Below are positions 29,671 to 43,316 of a DNA stretch of 64,000 bases, one piece after another. Position numbers and translations under genes: made by a program. Position 1 is the first letter of the stretch. The number at the start of each line of letters is the position of its first letter. The notes below the pieces were generated by a model, which ran no database searches, had not been told where the DNA came from, and saw nothing but the letters and a program-made list of their open reading frames with translations. This DNA is from the human T2T-CHM13v2.0 reference genome, Homo sapiens: NCBI RefSeq assembly GCF_009914755.1, contig NC_060935.1; one strand, 5' to 3'.

Positions 29671-30550
29671 TTTTCTCCCATTTCATTAGTTGTCTCCTTT
29701 TTCTGCTGATTTTTCCCTTTGCCATGCTGAAACTTTTTAGTTTTATGTAATTCCATTTATCTATTTTTGCTTTTGTTGTTTGTGTTTTGGGGGTCATATC
29801 CAAAAACTCATTGACCAGATCAATGTCATGGAGATTTTCTCCTATGTTTTAATCTAGTAGTTCTAGAGTTTTAGGTCTTATGTTTAAGTCTTTAATCCAT
29901 TTGAGGTAATTTTTATATACAGTGTGGGATGAGGGTCTCTCCCCAGATTTGGGAAGTTTTCAGCCATAATTTCTTACAGGAAACTTTTTGCCCCATTCTC
30001 TCCCTCTTTTCCTTTTGGAACTCCCCTAATACAAAGTTAGCTCTCTTGAAGTGTTCCACATAGCCCAAAGACTTCTTCATTTTTTTATTCTTTTCCTTTT
30101 TTCTCCTCTGATAATTTCAAATGACCTGTCTGATTTTCCTGATTTTTTCTTCCTCTTGAGTGAGTCCGCTGTTGAAGAACTCTATTGCATTTTTTAATTC
30201 AGTTATTGTATTTTTAGCTCAAAATTTGTTTCTTTTAGTGTTTTCCTATCTCTTGAATTCTTATTTTTTTATTTTTTTCCTTATTTTGTTAAATTGTTTA
30301 TCTGTATTCTTTTCTAGTCCCTGAATTTCATTAGAACAATTATTTCAAATTCTTTTTCAGTCAACTTGTGGATCTCCATTTTTTTGAGGACAATTACTGG
30401 AAGTTTATTGTGTTCTTTTGGTGGCGTCATGTTTTCCTGATTCTCTGTGATTCTTGTAACTTTGTGTAGGTGTCTATGCATTTGAAGAAGCAGTCATCCC
30501 CTCCAAAATTCATGAACTGACTTTTAAAAGTAAAGACCTTCACCTGCAGG
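29671..30550 (-). mobile_element. Old L1M fragments
   Basis: ORF2-like KAKIDKWNYIKLKSF in ORF 29573; T-rich ORF1-region remnant further right. Confidence 0.65.
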
Positions 30551-31009
30551 GGGCTAGACCTACTGGAATGAATGAGGTACCAAATGAAGGGGCATATGGT
30601 GACTTTGGGTCTCAGTGTGTATTGTGTCTGATTGACTCATATAGCTGGGGTTGGCAACCTCGGTAACTATGTGGTCCTTGGTGATGAGAGCTGAAGAAGG
30701 GCCATGGTCACTGTGAGGTGCTCCTTCAAGTTGGTGAAGTTTCACTCCCTACCAAACATGAAAAAGACAAAAGTGGTAGAAAAGGGCCCAAAGCAGGAGT
30801 GTGACATTGCAGAATACAAAACAGACAGTGGTTCAAGATGGGAGAGGGTAGGTACTGTTGATAGTTCATTATTTTGTTTTTGTTTTTGTTGTTGTTTTGT
30901 TTTTCACTATCTTTAGTCACTAGATATACTTTATTATTTTTAAATTTTGAGTGTGTATTAAAAAGTATAAGCAGTCTTTATTCCTGTGTATTTATTAAGA
31001 CTGTTTTAT

Positions 31010-31460
31010 GGTAAGTTCTGCAAAAGCAGAACCTTACCAATTCAAATGCGTGTGATTTAGTAAAAGAGTGATCTCAGGAGAAAACTAAGAGTGAGAGAGA
31101 AGCAGGACAAAGCATGGGAATATGCCAGAGAAAGGTGTGGAGTCAGCTGAAAGTAGCTTCAGTCTGATTCCCCAGGAAGTACTGGAGCATGATTGGCACT
31201 TTGGAGTGGTTCTAGCTTGCAACAATAGGACATTTCTGCCATTGTTTTAAAATCACCATAGCATTCCATTTTTGGCTATGGGCCACCCTGGGTGTGAGGG
31301 CATGCACTCCCATCTATTTCCAGTCACTTATCTTCCTTTTGGCTAAGAGCAATTCTCAAAAGAGAGGTTTATATATGTTAGAAGCTGGCTCTCGAAGAAG
31401 CTTGGGGATGTATTTACTGCTCTGGTAAGGGAGATCCAGGAAAGTCAGTAAAATGTCTGC
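31010..31460. mobile_element. Degenerate ERVL LTR (LTR16-like)
   Basis: AAGCAGAACC...GTGATCTCAGGAG...TGGAGCATG pattern only. Confidence 0.35.
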
Positions 31461-34400
31461 TTAGTTTCAACAAGTCTTATTTATTATGTACAGCTACCTA
31501 CACTGTTACACTGACTCTGTTAGTATTGATATTCTGGTACCCAATGCAAGTTACCCAAAGTAAGTGCCTCCCGTTATAGAATTCCTTCTTAATGACAACA
31601 ATTTCTGTCTCAGTTTTTATACATTATGCAAGCTAGGGGTTTCTTGGATGATGTGGCATTTGTTCTGAACCTTGAAGAATGAGCAAGATTTCGGTTGGGT
31701 AAAATCAAGAACAGAGATTTTTCAGACAGAAGGAACAGAAAACAGAATGAGGAAAATGCAGAATTTGATTAGAATATAGTGCATTGGTTTGCCTGAAGTA
31801 TTGAGAGGATGAGAACAGATATTGGAGACAAGACTTGATAATACATTAGGTAGAAGATTGTTACAGATGGCAAAGACCCTGAGGGACAATCTGATGACAG
31901 GGGCAATTCGAAGCCACCTGTGAATATTACAGATGGCAGTGCAGTAACTGGAGGTTTGGATAATAGTGGATATTCCTTTTCAGCAAGGTCTTCTACAGCA
32001 AAGTTGTCCCATGAGAAAAAAAAATCACAGTGATCATACTGTGTGTTTGTTTTCTTCTTGCCTTCCTTCTTTTGTTTCCCCAGGCAATAGCGTCTAATGA
32101 TGACCCATTCCCTTGCCCTGTGAATAAGGTTGAAAAGACCTGAAAGACCTCGCAAATTTTCAGAATCATAAAATAAATGCTATTGTGCAGGAAGTAAAAT
32201 ACGCCCAAAGGCATCCTCTACTTTCTAAGGTATATTTTTAACAAGTTGAATTTCAATCATTTCTACTGTTATTCAGAAGAACAGGAGCAAATATCATTGA
32301 AAAGCTCCTATGGTGTGTGAGGATTTAAGAAAACATATTTGTGAGCATCACAGAGTGATATAGAGGTCAAGACTTGTGGTATCTAAATCAGTAGTTGCAA
32401 GATAGTGGTCTCAGTGGTCCCAGGACTCTCATTAAAATCTTCATGGTTCTGAGCTCCATCTCCAAGAAATGAAGACAACACTACCTTTTATGTATAGGTG
32501 ACTCTAAATTCAGAGGGGACTGATCATAGGCATTCAAGGGGAAAAGTTGCTTTAACACTTATCCTTGAATGATAAGTGAAATGACAGGAAGAACTGCAGA
32601 AAGCCGCACCTGAGTTGTGAGACTGTACATTATTCCTACAGCTTAAGTACTTCATGATTTTAAGAAACTGGAAGGTGATTCTCCTTCTTTAGAAGGTAGG
32701 AATTTTAGAGTTTGGGGTTTTTTTGTTTTACTTTTTACAATGTACATAATTTCATTCTATATGTTCTAATAATCAAGTATCTGTGGGTGTTTATAGCCTG
32801 TTAGAAATTGAAGTATTTTGAATATTCTACTATTCTTCAGTAGTATTGAAGAAACTATGAGCACAGACAGCTGGAAATTAAGAATGTTGTCTGTTTCTTA
32901 TTGTTGGTAAAGACAGAACCCAGAAAACTGCATGAGGAGGGCTTTGAAGAACTAAAAACAGAGACCAGGATGGCAAACTCAAGGCAAAAGCCAGGTATAG
33001 AAAGAGGGTAAGACTTGGGCAAACCAAACAGAAAGGCTGACACAATGTTAGGGGCATCTTGTTCGCCAGAAGCTGCCAGGGTCATTGGGAAGGAAGCAGG
33101 TAATGTCATATGGACATACCTTTTGTCATTACTATACTTAAATAACGAGGAAAGCAGACTTTACCATCAACATATGTGAAAAGTATCACAAAAGTCAAAT
33201 GCTCCCAACCAACATCACTGAGAAAGATTGCGCAAACTATACATATCCTGATAACCTGGAGATTTTCTCCTTGGAGATACTTGCCAATAACTTGTGGGTG
33301 TGTGTGTATGTGGAAATATATTCTTTGATAAAGCTCTCCTAGTGATTCTAATATGACCATTTATAAGTCAAGCATGATTTAATATTATAGTAAATAAGGG
33401 GAGTGTCTAGAATGTAAAAATGATAGTTTCTTTCTCCTAGGCTCTAAGAAACCACTGCTGAAGTTTTCAGAACTTGTTTGTTTGTTTTCGATGTTATTCA
33501 ACGTTCATTAGTGCAATTAGGCAAGCATTTAGAAAGCACCTATTGCATTCACATTGCTAGGCGACAAGATACTTAAAATCCACTTAGAAAGCAGCCAACT
33601 ATCTTTAGTGCATGTCTAAATAAAATAAATGCGAAAGAGCTCAAACAATGTATTGGGGAAGAATTAATAGATGAATTGAAGTAATAATCATGGAATAATC
33701 ATGGAAGGCTTTCTGAAGAATATGAGATCCTATTTTATCCTATAGCCATTGAACTAACCTTAGTCAAAGCCAACATTGCGCTCAGCTTAGGCTGAAAGTT
33801 GGGGGAGACAAAATTTTACACAGGTCTTTGTCCTGTCTAGTATAGAAGCCAAGCTTGTAAAAAATGTCTTATTACAATAAAATGGTATCTGAATCTAAAA
33901 GGTGAATAACATAGCTAGGCTAATTTAGAGAGTCTTCTGAGAAGTGATAAATTTTCATTTTGAGAAAGCTATGTTTTTAGGAGGCAGACAAGGGCAGGAA
34001 AGACATTGCAACTTAGAGAAAATAACATGGATATAGTAGATGAGCCCCAAAAGGACATGCTGTATTTGGGAAATAGTGGGATGTTTCTTTTGTAGGAGAA
34101 GTTGGCGGTAGGAAATGAGGATAGACAGGTAAGATCGTGAAGCCATGCTAGGTGGAATTCCCCTTTGAATCAACTAGCTAAACATGTAGTCCTCTAGACT
34201 CTCACTGCCTTGCTGTAAATATGTCACGCACGTACATTACCACCTATCTCACTTTTGGCAAATCAGGTACCTCTCTGAGCCACAATTTCCTAATTGCAAA
34301 TAAGGTCATTGTAATAGTACTTATATGTTAGGGTAGCTATGAGTATATACAAGACTGTGTAACCAAAACATATAATAAAGAGTATAGGTTATTAGTATCA

Positions 34401-34803
34401 TCTAGCTTGTAGGCAAAAGGGATCCAAAAGACATCTATAATGAGGAGACATAGCATGGTCACAGGTGTGACATAAATAAGCTGGCAGTAGGTGAAGGATA
34501 GAACTGGGAGAAGGAGATACCATGCTCACCCTATGGGACAGATACAGGGCAACAGCAGAGGGGCTAAAAAGAAGGTTAAGATGTTGGAAAACAGATATCT
34601 GGAATTTTGGAAGTAACTCATTGGGGTAAAAGATGTGGAAGGAATAAGAAATGCAACCTAATGGTAACTCTCCAATGTCTGTAAATAACTCAAATAGGAA
34701 ACACAGGAGGAAAACCCGATATGTAAGGGAATATGGCCAATTTTGCTCTAAACATCTGTATTCAATACTTGGAGGACATTCTGGAATTGGAGATGTCCCA
34801 GAA

Positions 34804-34874
34804 GAAATTGGAGATCCTTTTTTGACAGAGGCTGAAATTGGAGATCCTTTTTTGACAGAGGCTGAAATTGGAGA
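34804..34874 (+). repeat. 30-bp tandem duplication (2.4 copies)
   Basis: GAAATTGGAGATCCTTTTTTGACAGAGGCT exact x2 + GAAATTGGAGA. Confidence 0.95.
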
Positions 34875-36769
34875 GTCATACAAAGTAAGTGGTTCTGAAA
34901 CAATAAAAATGGGAAAGATTTTCCTTTAGAGGTAAATCATCTGAGAAACCTTCAGAGGAAAGAGTCTGTGGAGGAGTAAACTAAAAAATAAACAATATGA
35001 GTCTTGGTTGAAGAATGCTTGGGTATATTTGTTTTCCACCTAAGGGTCTTTGTGTTATCTGTGCTTTGTACCTGCAGTATTCTCCCCCTGATCATCATAT
35101 ATTGTTTACATATTGTCACTCTATTCTCCATTTAAGTGTTTCACCTCCTCAGAGAGGGCTTTCAAATTCCACAAACGACAGTAGTTATGCACTCTCACAT
35201 CACAGAAATCCTACATGTCTGGTTCCATGTTGTGCTTCCTATGCATACAACTGCTGGACACATTATTGGCATCTAGTCAATATATATGGAATAAATTCAT
35301 GGCCTTTGATAGTCGTGTAACCACTCCCTACCTTGCTTTCACATTTTGTAAAATGAAAACAAAAATTCTTCACATAGCCTTGTAAGAATTACATGAGACA
35401 GTTTTGTCTAATCCTAGCATATTGTCTAATACATTATTGGCATTGAGTAGGTGCTGGTTACCTGCCCTGACTCTTCTTGTATTCTTTGCCTGTAAATGCA
35501 ATGCACATAGAAGACAACTCCTCAACTAACAATACAATTGTTTTGTCTTATTTTGTCATTAGTCTTGATGAATCTTTCAAAATAATTTCAGCCAGTATTT
35601 CTTTTTTCTCTCCCAGCCCTTCATTCTCATACCTGCTTCCTCATTTCTTTCCCTCCACCTTTAACCGTGACTGAAATTAAAATAAAAATTCTATGAAGAG
35701 TCTTCATATCACTTTTCTGCCCTCATCTCCTAAGCAGATTATATGTTGAACAATCAAAATAGAAATATTACTGGCAAAATTTATCTGAGGAACTTGATTT
35801 AGTTCTTTTCAGGCTTGTTGCAAAGCAAACTACCTAAGTACATTAGCTGGCAAATGTTCTGGAGGTTCTGCTAAAAACACAAAAATTGATCAGAATATGA
35901 CATTCTGGAATGAGTCAGTATCTTCAAAATTATATTAAATCTAAGTTAGTCCATTATATTATATTAGACACTTCAAAAAATGTTCAAAGAACTTCAAAGA
36001 GATGTTAAGAACTTAAAAATTAATGGTATGTCTTAAGAACTATTGTAATAAAAAAAATTGATATTGCATGTCTCAAGCTTTAATTATTACCACATATAGA
36101 AACCCAGAAGATAAAACATGTTAAATTGATTTGTCTGCTCTAGTTGTTGACATAAATGTCACCCTCAGAACCACTACACTTTGGGGAGCACTGATGAAGA
36201 TAGGATTGCATTGAAAGAAACGCGAATGTTCTTTTGGAAATATTTACTGATCTCTCAGAATTTTCTAAGTGTTTTATTAATTTTAAATGATGGAATTATT
36301 TTATTCATTCAATCAACAGTTTATTTTAAGCGCCCATGAGTGCTAGGGTACCGCTAAATCACAAAAAGCATTTGATAAATATAGCATCTCAAAATCCAGT
36401 AGGTGAGATCAAAAAACTTTCATTCATATTTTGTGTCTTCCTTGCAGATCCAGAATGGAGAAAAGAGAGATAAACAGTGCTTTTGGGGTAAAATCCAGGT
36501 ATAGGTATTTGGGCCCACTCTATGTCATCTATACATATTATCATATTAGAATCATTCTTCTCTTCACTCAGGCTCCTGACCTTGACCTCTTTCCAGGTGC
36601 ATTTAACTCCCTTTCCTCAGGTTCTCTAAGAGTTGCCTGACACTTGCCCAGGTCCCCTGAATAAAATACAGGTAAATCAGTGCATAAGAAGCTTTATACA
36701 GTGATCTCAGACTTGTGACCAAGAGCCCCTCTGCACCATTGATAGACAGTGGCCGTGCCCACCAGGAGG

Positions 36770-37758
36770 ATGGGCAATCACACTGCAGTGAGCCTATTCC
36801 TTCTGTGGGGATTTTCCAGTTTTTCAGACCTGCAGAGTCTACTTTTTGTGGTGATTCTCTTCTACATGTGACCATCCTAGCTGCAAACGTGTCCATAATG
36901 GGGGCCATCAAGCTCAGCCACAACCTTCACACTCCTATGTACTTTTTCCTCTGTGGCCTGTCCTTTTCAGAAACTTGTACCACTGTGGTAGTAATCCCTC
37001 GCATGTTGGTGGACTTTCTATCAGAGAGCAAGACCATTTCTCTTCCTGAGTGTGCCACACAGATGTTTTTCTTTCTGGGCTTTGCATCCAACAACTGTTT
37101 CATCATGGCCGCTATGTCCTACGACCGCTACACGGCCATCCACAACCCACTGCAGTACCACACCCTTATGACAAGAAAGATCTGCTTGCAGATGATGATG
37201 GCTTCTTGGATGGTTGGGTTCCTGTTTTCTCTGTGCATCATCGTCACTGTATTCAACTTGTCTCTTTGCGACTTGAACACTATCCAGCACTATTTCTGTG
37301 ATATCTCACCAGTGGTCTCCCTTGCTTGTAATTACACTTTCTATCATGAAATGGCTATTTTTGTGCTCTCTGCCTTTGTGTTGGTGGGCAGCTGTATTTT
37401 AATTATGATTTCCTATGTCTTCATTGTGTTCATAGTCATAAAGACGCCCTCTGCAAAGGGGAGGTCTAAGGCCTTCTCAACTTGCTCCTCCCACCTCACT
37501 GTTGTGTCCATACACTATGGATTTGCTTGCTTTGTCTATTTGAGGCCCAAGAACAGCAACTCCTTCGATGAAGACATGCTGACGGCCATGATATATACAA
37601 TACTGATGCCTCTGCTTAACCCCATCGTGTACAGTCTGAGAAACAAAGAAATGCAGATAGCCCTAAGAAAAACACTAGGCAGTGTATTTGGGGTTTTCCC
37701 TCAGAAGACAAAAAAAGAGCCTGAACATTTAAAAAAATTACACAGCATTGATAAATAA
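36770..37758 (+). pseudogene. OR10AB1P: Olfactory receptor family 10 pseudogene, single frameshift in TM1
   Basis: ATG 36770 MGNHTAVSLFLLWGFSSFSDLQSLLFVVILFYM* stops at 36871; another frame continues LHTPMYFFL, MSYDRY, KAFSTCSSHL, PLLNPIVYSLRN to 37758. Symbol is from synteny with OVCH2. Confidence 0.88.
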
Positions 37759-38044
37759 AGGTGAGAAAAGTGGAGTACTTCTAATTAATATCACTTTGTG
37801 CACAAAGTGGTTAAAGTATTGTCTAATTTCCTGATATGTCCTGGCCTCACCATTTTCCTACTACAGAGAGGATGCAGTTTTAAAATGTTTTTAAATGTTA
37901 TGTGTGTGTGTTTATGTGCGTGTGCATGTGTGTATGTACACATATCCATTCAGGGTACATATTGCTTTAGAACACTCTATTTTAATGATAGCAGTTGCTT
38001 TTTGGGAAGAAAGAAAATTATGATACTAAAGACAGAAAGACAGC

Positions 38045-38151
38045 AAGGAAGAGAGAATGTAAGGAAGGGAGGAAGGAAGGAAGGGAGGAAGGTAGGAAGG
38101 GAGGGAGGGAGGAAAGGAGGAAGGGAGGAAGGGAAGAAGGAAAAGAAAAAA
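38045..38151 (+). repeat. GGAA/GGGA purine-rich tract
   Basis: Interrupted (GGAA)n. Confidence 0.9.
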
Positions 38152-39386
38152 ATCGAGTTGACTAGTATAATTAATCCAAAAAGAGGGAGAAAGTACAAAC
38201 ACAAAAAGTTGAAAATGAAAATGAGGATGTGATTAAAATAGAGAAAATTAAAAGCAATTTAAGAGAATACTTTGTTCAAATTTATTCAAACAAATTTGAA
38301 AATTAGAAAAAAACATGAATGCATTTATGGAAAAAATAAGCTTACAAAATGACCCCAAAAGCAACAGACATTTTTTGACATACCAATTTCCATGGAAATT
38401 TTTGAGAAATCCGTCAAAGACATGTTTTCCTGTTCTCTCCCACAAAGCATTAGAGCAGATAGTTTAATAATTAATTTGTTTAAATACTCAAGGAACAAAT
38501 AATTCAAATGCTATTTAAATTGATTTAGAGCATAAAAATAAACAGCTTCTAATTTATGAACCTCACAGTGGTGGAAAGTGCTATTACTGCTGACAGATCA
38601 TGGCCCTGGTAGGGAAGTTCTGAAGTGAATTGTGGAAGATTAGATGATGTATGCTGGTGAAGGAATTTTGAGGCTACGTTGTTCACATGGTTATAGGGAG
38701 TGTGAAGTAATATATTATTCTGGGTTTGAATTATATTTTTCTAATGACAGATGACATCAAGGATCTTTTATATATTTATTAATCATTTGTATGTCTAATT
38801 TAGAGAAATACATATTCAAATTCTCTTCCCATTTTTAATTGGGGGATTTGTATTGAATTTAGATTGTTTAAATGATCCTGGATAACATCCTTGATCAGAT
38901 ATACTATGTGCAAATATTTCCTTCCATTCTGTAGGTTGTTTCTTCCCTTTCTTTATAGTTTCCTTTGAAGCAAAAAAGTTTTTAACTCTAATATGGTGGA
39001 ATTTATCTTTCTTTTTTCTTTTTTTTTGCTCATGCTTTTGATGTCATAACTAAGAATCTATTGCTTAATCCAAGATCATGAAGAATTTCCCCTATGCTTT
39101 CTTCTAAGAGTTTTGTAGTATTAAATCTTACATTTAGGTCTTTGATCCACTTGAATTAACTTTTGTATGTGGGTTAAGATAAGGGTCCAACCTTATTCTT
39201 TTACATGGGGATATTCAAATGACCCAGCACCATTTATTGAAAGGATTATTCATTACCCCACTGAATATTCTTGACACCCTTATAGACAACCTGTTGACCA
39301 TAGACACATGGGTTCATTTCTGACCTCAATTGTATTCCACTGATCTATATGCCTTTCCTTTTGCCAGTACACACTGTCTTGATTAG

Positions 39387-39693
<307 letters not shown>

Positions 39694-40144
39694 TGATTAG
39701 TGTTGTTTTATAGTAAGTATTAAAATTGGGAAGTGTGAATTCTTCAAGTTTGTTCTTGTTTTTCAAGATTGTTTTGGATATTTGGGGTCACTTGCATTTC
39801 TATATACATTTTATAATCTTGTCAATTTCTATAAAGAAACCATCTAGGACTTTGATAGGGATTTTGTCTAATCTACAGATAAATTTGGGGAGTATTTCCA
39901 TCTTTATAATATTAAGACTTCCAATTCATAAGCATAGGACTTTTTCACTCATTAGGTTTTATTTCATTCCTATCAGCATTAAAAAATTGATATTACTGTA
40001 AATGGAATTGTGTTCTTAATTTCATTTTTAGATTTTGCATTGCTAGTGCAAGGAAATACCATTGACTTTTTATATTTATCCTATATCCTACAAGTTGTCT
40101 GGACTCATTTATTCATCCCTATAATTTTAATGGATTTCTATATT

Positions 40145-40203
40145 TTTTCTATATGTTTATGTTTTCTATATGTTTATGTTTTCTATATGTTTATGTTTTC
40201 TAT
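40145..40203 (+). repeat. 17-bp tandem repeat (3.5 copies)
   Basis: TTTTCTATATGTTTATG exact x3 + partial copy. Confidence 0.95.
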
Positions 40204-40424
40204 GAAATCATGTCATCTGCAAATACAGTTTTACTTCTACTTTTTCAATCTGGATGCCTTTTATTTCTTGTTATTGCTAATTGCCTTACTTCCTCCACTG
40301 CAATGTTGACTAGAAGTGGCAAGAGCAGACATTCTTGTCTTGTTCCTCATATCTGGGAAAAGCATCTAGTCTTTGGCCGTTAAGTATGAAATTAGCTATG
40401 GGTCTATTCAGGATTTTGTCAGGT

Positions 40425-42355
40425 TTAAACTATCTCTGTTCACTGATTACATGATCTTGTAACCAGAAAACCCTAAAGATTCCTCCAAAAGACCCTAGAC
40501 TTGATAAACAACTTCAGTAAAGTTTCAATACAAACTGATGTACAAAAATCAGCTGAATTTCTATATACCAATGACACTCAAGCTTAGAACCAAATCAAGA
40601 ACTCAATCCCATTTACAATAGCCACAAAAGATTAAAATACCTAACAATACACCTAACCAAGGAGACAAAAGACCTCTACAAGGAGAACTACAAAACACTG
40701 ATGAAGGAAATTGTAGGTGACATAAACAAATAAAAAAAATCCCATGCTCATGGATTGGAAGAACCAACATTAAAATGACCATGTTGCCCAAAGCAATCCT
40801 CAGGTTCAATGTAATTTTTATGAAATTGTCAGTGTAGTATTTCACAGAATTAGAAAAAATGCTAAAATTCATATGGGACAAAAAAAAAGCCCAAATAGCC
40901 AAATCAATACTAAGCAAAGTAATATAGCTGGAAGCATCCCATTGCCTCACTTCAAAGTATACTACAAGGCTATAATAACCAAATCATCATGGTACAAAAA
41001 TAGACCCATAGATCAGTGAAACAAAATAAAGAACCCATAAATAAAATCACACACATACAACCACCTGATCTTTGACAAAGTCAACAAAAATAAACAATGG
41101 GAAAAGTATACCTTAATCAATAAATGGTGCTGGGAAAAATGGCCAGCCATCTGCAGAAAGATGAAACTGGACCACTATTTCTCACTATATACAAAAATTA
41201 ACTCAAGATGGATTAAATACTTAAATGTAAGACATGAAGCTGTAAAAACTCTAGAAGAAAACCTAGCAAAAACTCTTCTGGAAATTGGCCTTGGCAAAGA
41301 ATTTGTAACTAAGACCACAAAAGAATATGCAACGAAAACAAAAATAGGCAAATGGGACTTAATTAAAGGGCTTCTGCACAGTAAAATAAATAATCAACAG
41401 GGTAAACAGACAACCTCAGGATGGGAGAAAATATATGCAAACTATGCATCTAACAAAGGGCTAATATCCAGAATCTGTAAGGAACTCAAATCAACAAGAA
41501 AAAAACAACTAGCCTCATTAAAAAGTGGGTGAAGGACATGAGCAGACATTCCTAAAAAGAAGACATACACATGGCCAACAAGCATATGAAAAAAGCATAT
41601 GAAAAAGCATATGAAAAAATGCTCGACATCATTAATCATTAAAGAAATGCAAATCAAAAATACAATGAGACACTATCTCACTCTAGTCAGAATGGCTATA
41701 ATTAAAAAGTCAAAAAATAACAGATGTTGATGAGGACGCAGAGAAGAAGGGAATGCTTATACACTGTTGATGAGGATGTAAGTTAGTAAAACTGCTAAGG
41801 GAAACAGCATGGAGATTTCTCAAAGAACTAAAAACAGAATTACCATTTGGCCCAGCAATCCCGTGACTGAGTATCTACCTAAAGGAAAATAAATCATTAT
41901 AACAAAAGACCACTGAGCTTGTTTGTTTATTGCAGCACTATTCACAATAACAAAGTCATGGAATTAACCCAAGTGTCTATCAACAGTTGATTGGATTAAG
42001 AAAATGTGGTATGTATATACCATGGAATACTACCCAGCCATAAAAAATATGAAAGCACGTCTTTTGCAGCAACAAGAATGAACCTGGAGGACATTATTTT
42101 AAGTGAAATACCTCAGAAACAGAAAATCAAATAGTGCATATCCTTTATAAGTAGGAGCTAAACAAAGGGTACACACAGGCATATAGATGGAAATAATAGA
42201 TACTGGGGACTCCAAAAGGTATTAGGTCTAAAAAATTATCTATTGGATACAATGTTCACTGTTTGGGTGACAAATTCACTAGAAGCCCAAACTTCACCAT
42301 TATGCAATATACCCAGGTAACAAACCTGCACATGTACCCCCGAATCTAAAATAAT
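40425..42355 (+). mobile_element. L1PB-type 3' ~1.9 kb
   Basis: ORF2 remnant (41161) and 3' end CACTAGAAGCCCAAAC...CATGTACCCCCGAATCTAAAATAA. Confidence 0.85.
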
Positions 42356-43100
42356 TTTAAAAATTTTTTTAAAAGAGAGTAGGGTTGACCATACATATAT
42401 CAGACTTTGGGTCAGAAACTGTTATAAGAATCAAAGGAGGTCCCTATATAATAATAAAAAGTCCAATGTATCAGGAAGATATAACAATTATAAATACATG
42501 CACACAACATCAGAGCACCTGAAATATAAATTAATACAATAACAGTAGAAGAAGACTTTAACAGCCACCTTCAATAATGGATAGAATATCTAGACAGAAA
42601 ATCAACAAGGAGACAGGAGGCTTGAACAACACTATACACCAAATTTTCCTAACAGACATACAAAACATTCCAACCAACAGCATCGAAAATTCATATTTTT
42701 CTCAACTGCACATGAAACATGCTACAGGATTTATTTCATGTTTGGTCACAAAATAACTTTTAACAAATTTTAAAAGATTGATATCTTAACAAGTATCTTT
42801 TTGGATTACAATGAGATAAAACTAGAAATCAATAACAGAAGGAAAACTTAAAAATCCACACATATGAGGGAGGAGCCAAGATGGCCGAATAGGAACAGCT
42901 CCGGTCTACAGCTCCCAGCATGAGCAACGCAGAAGACGGGTGATTTCTGCATTTCCATCTGAGGTACCGGGTTCATCTCACTAGGGAGTGCCAGACAGTG
43001 GGCGCAGGCCAGTGGGCGCACGCACCGTGCGCGAGCCGAAGCAGGGCGAGGCATTGCCTCACCTGGGAAGCGCAAGGGGTCAGGGAGTTCCCTTTCCGAG

Positions 43101-43316
43101 TCAAAGAAAGGGGTGACGGACGCACCTGGAAAATCGGGTCACTCCTACCCGAATACTGCGCTTTTCTGACTGACTTAAAAAACGGCGCACCACGAGATTA
43201 TATCCCACACCTGGCTCGGAGGGTCCTACGCCCACGGAGTCTCGCTGATTGCTAGCACAGCAGTCTGAGATCAAACTGCAAGGAGGCAGCAAGGCTGGGG
43301 GAGGGGCGCCCGCCAT
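43101..43316 (-). CDS. L1 ORF0 (71 aa, intact)
   Basis: MAGAPPPALLPPCSLISDCCASNQRDSVGVGPSEPGVGYNLVVRRFLSQSEKRSIRVGVTRFSRCVRHPFL; donors after nt 106 (43211) and 191 (43126). Confidence 0.85.
   Translation of the reverse strand: MAGAPPPALLPPCSLISDCCASNQRDSVGVGPSEPGVGYNLVVRRFLSQSEKRSIRVGVTRFSRCVRHPFL

Noticed and set aside
34398-34929. 161-aa and 92-aa ORFs with internal peptide repeats
   Set aside because: The repeats come from the 30-bp tandem duplication; no recognisable domain.
36715-37758. 347-aa ORF as an intact olfactory receptor
   Set aside because: It starts at GTG and its first ~49 residues are the wrong frame; the real ATG (36770) is out of frame.
38045-38151. EWS-FLI1-type GGAA microsatellite enhancer
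   Set aside because: Consecutive GGAA runs are too short and interrupted.
37798-38232. 144-aa ORF downstream of the OR
   Set aside because: It is translated (TG)n and (GGAA)n low-complexity sequence.
40145-41619. Short tandem arrays (17-mer x3.5; AGCATATGAAAAA x3) as CRISPR-like repeats
   Set aside because: No spacers and eukaryotic context; simple slippage inside L1s.
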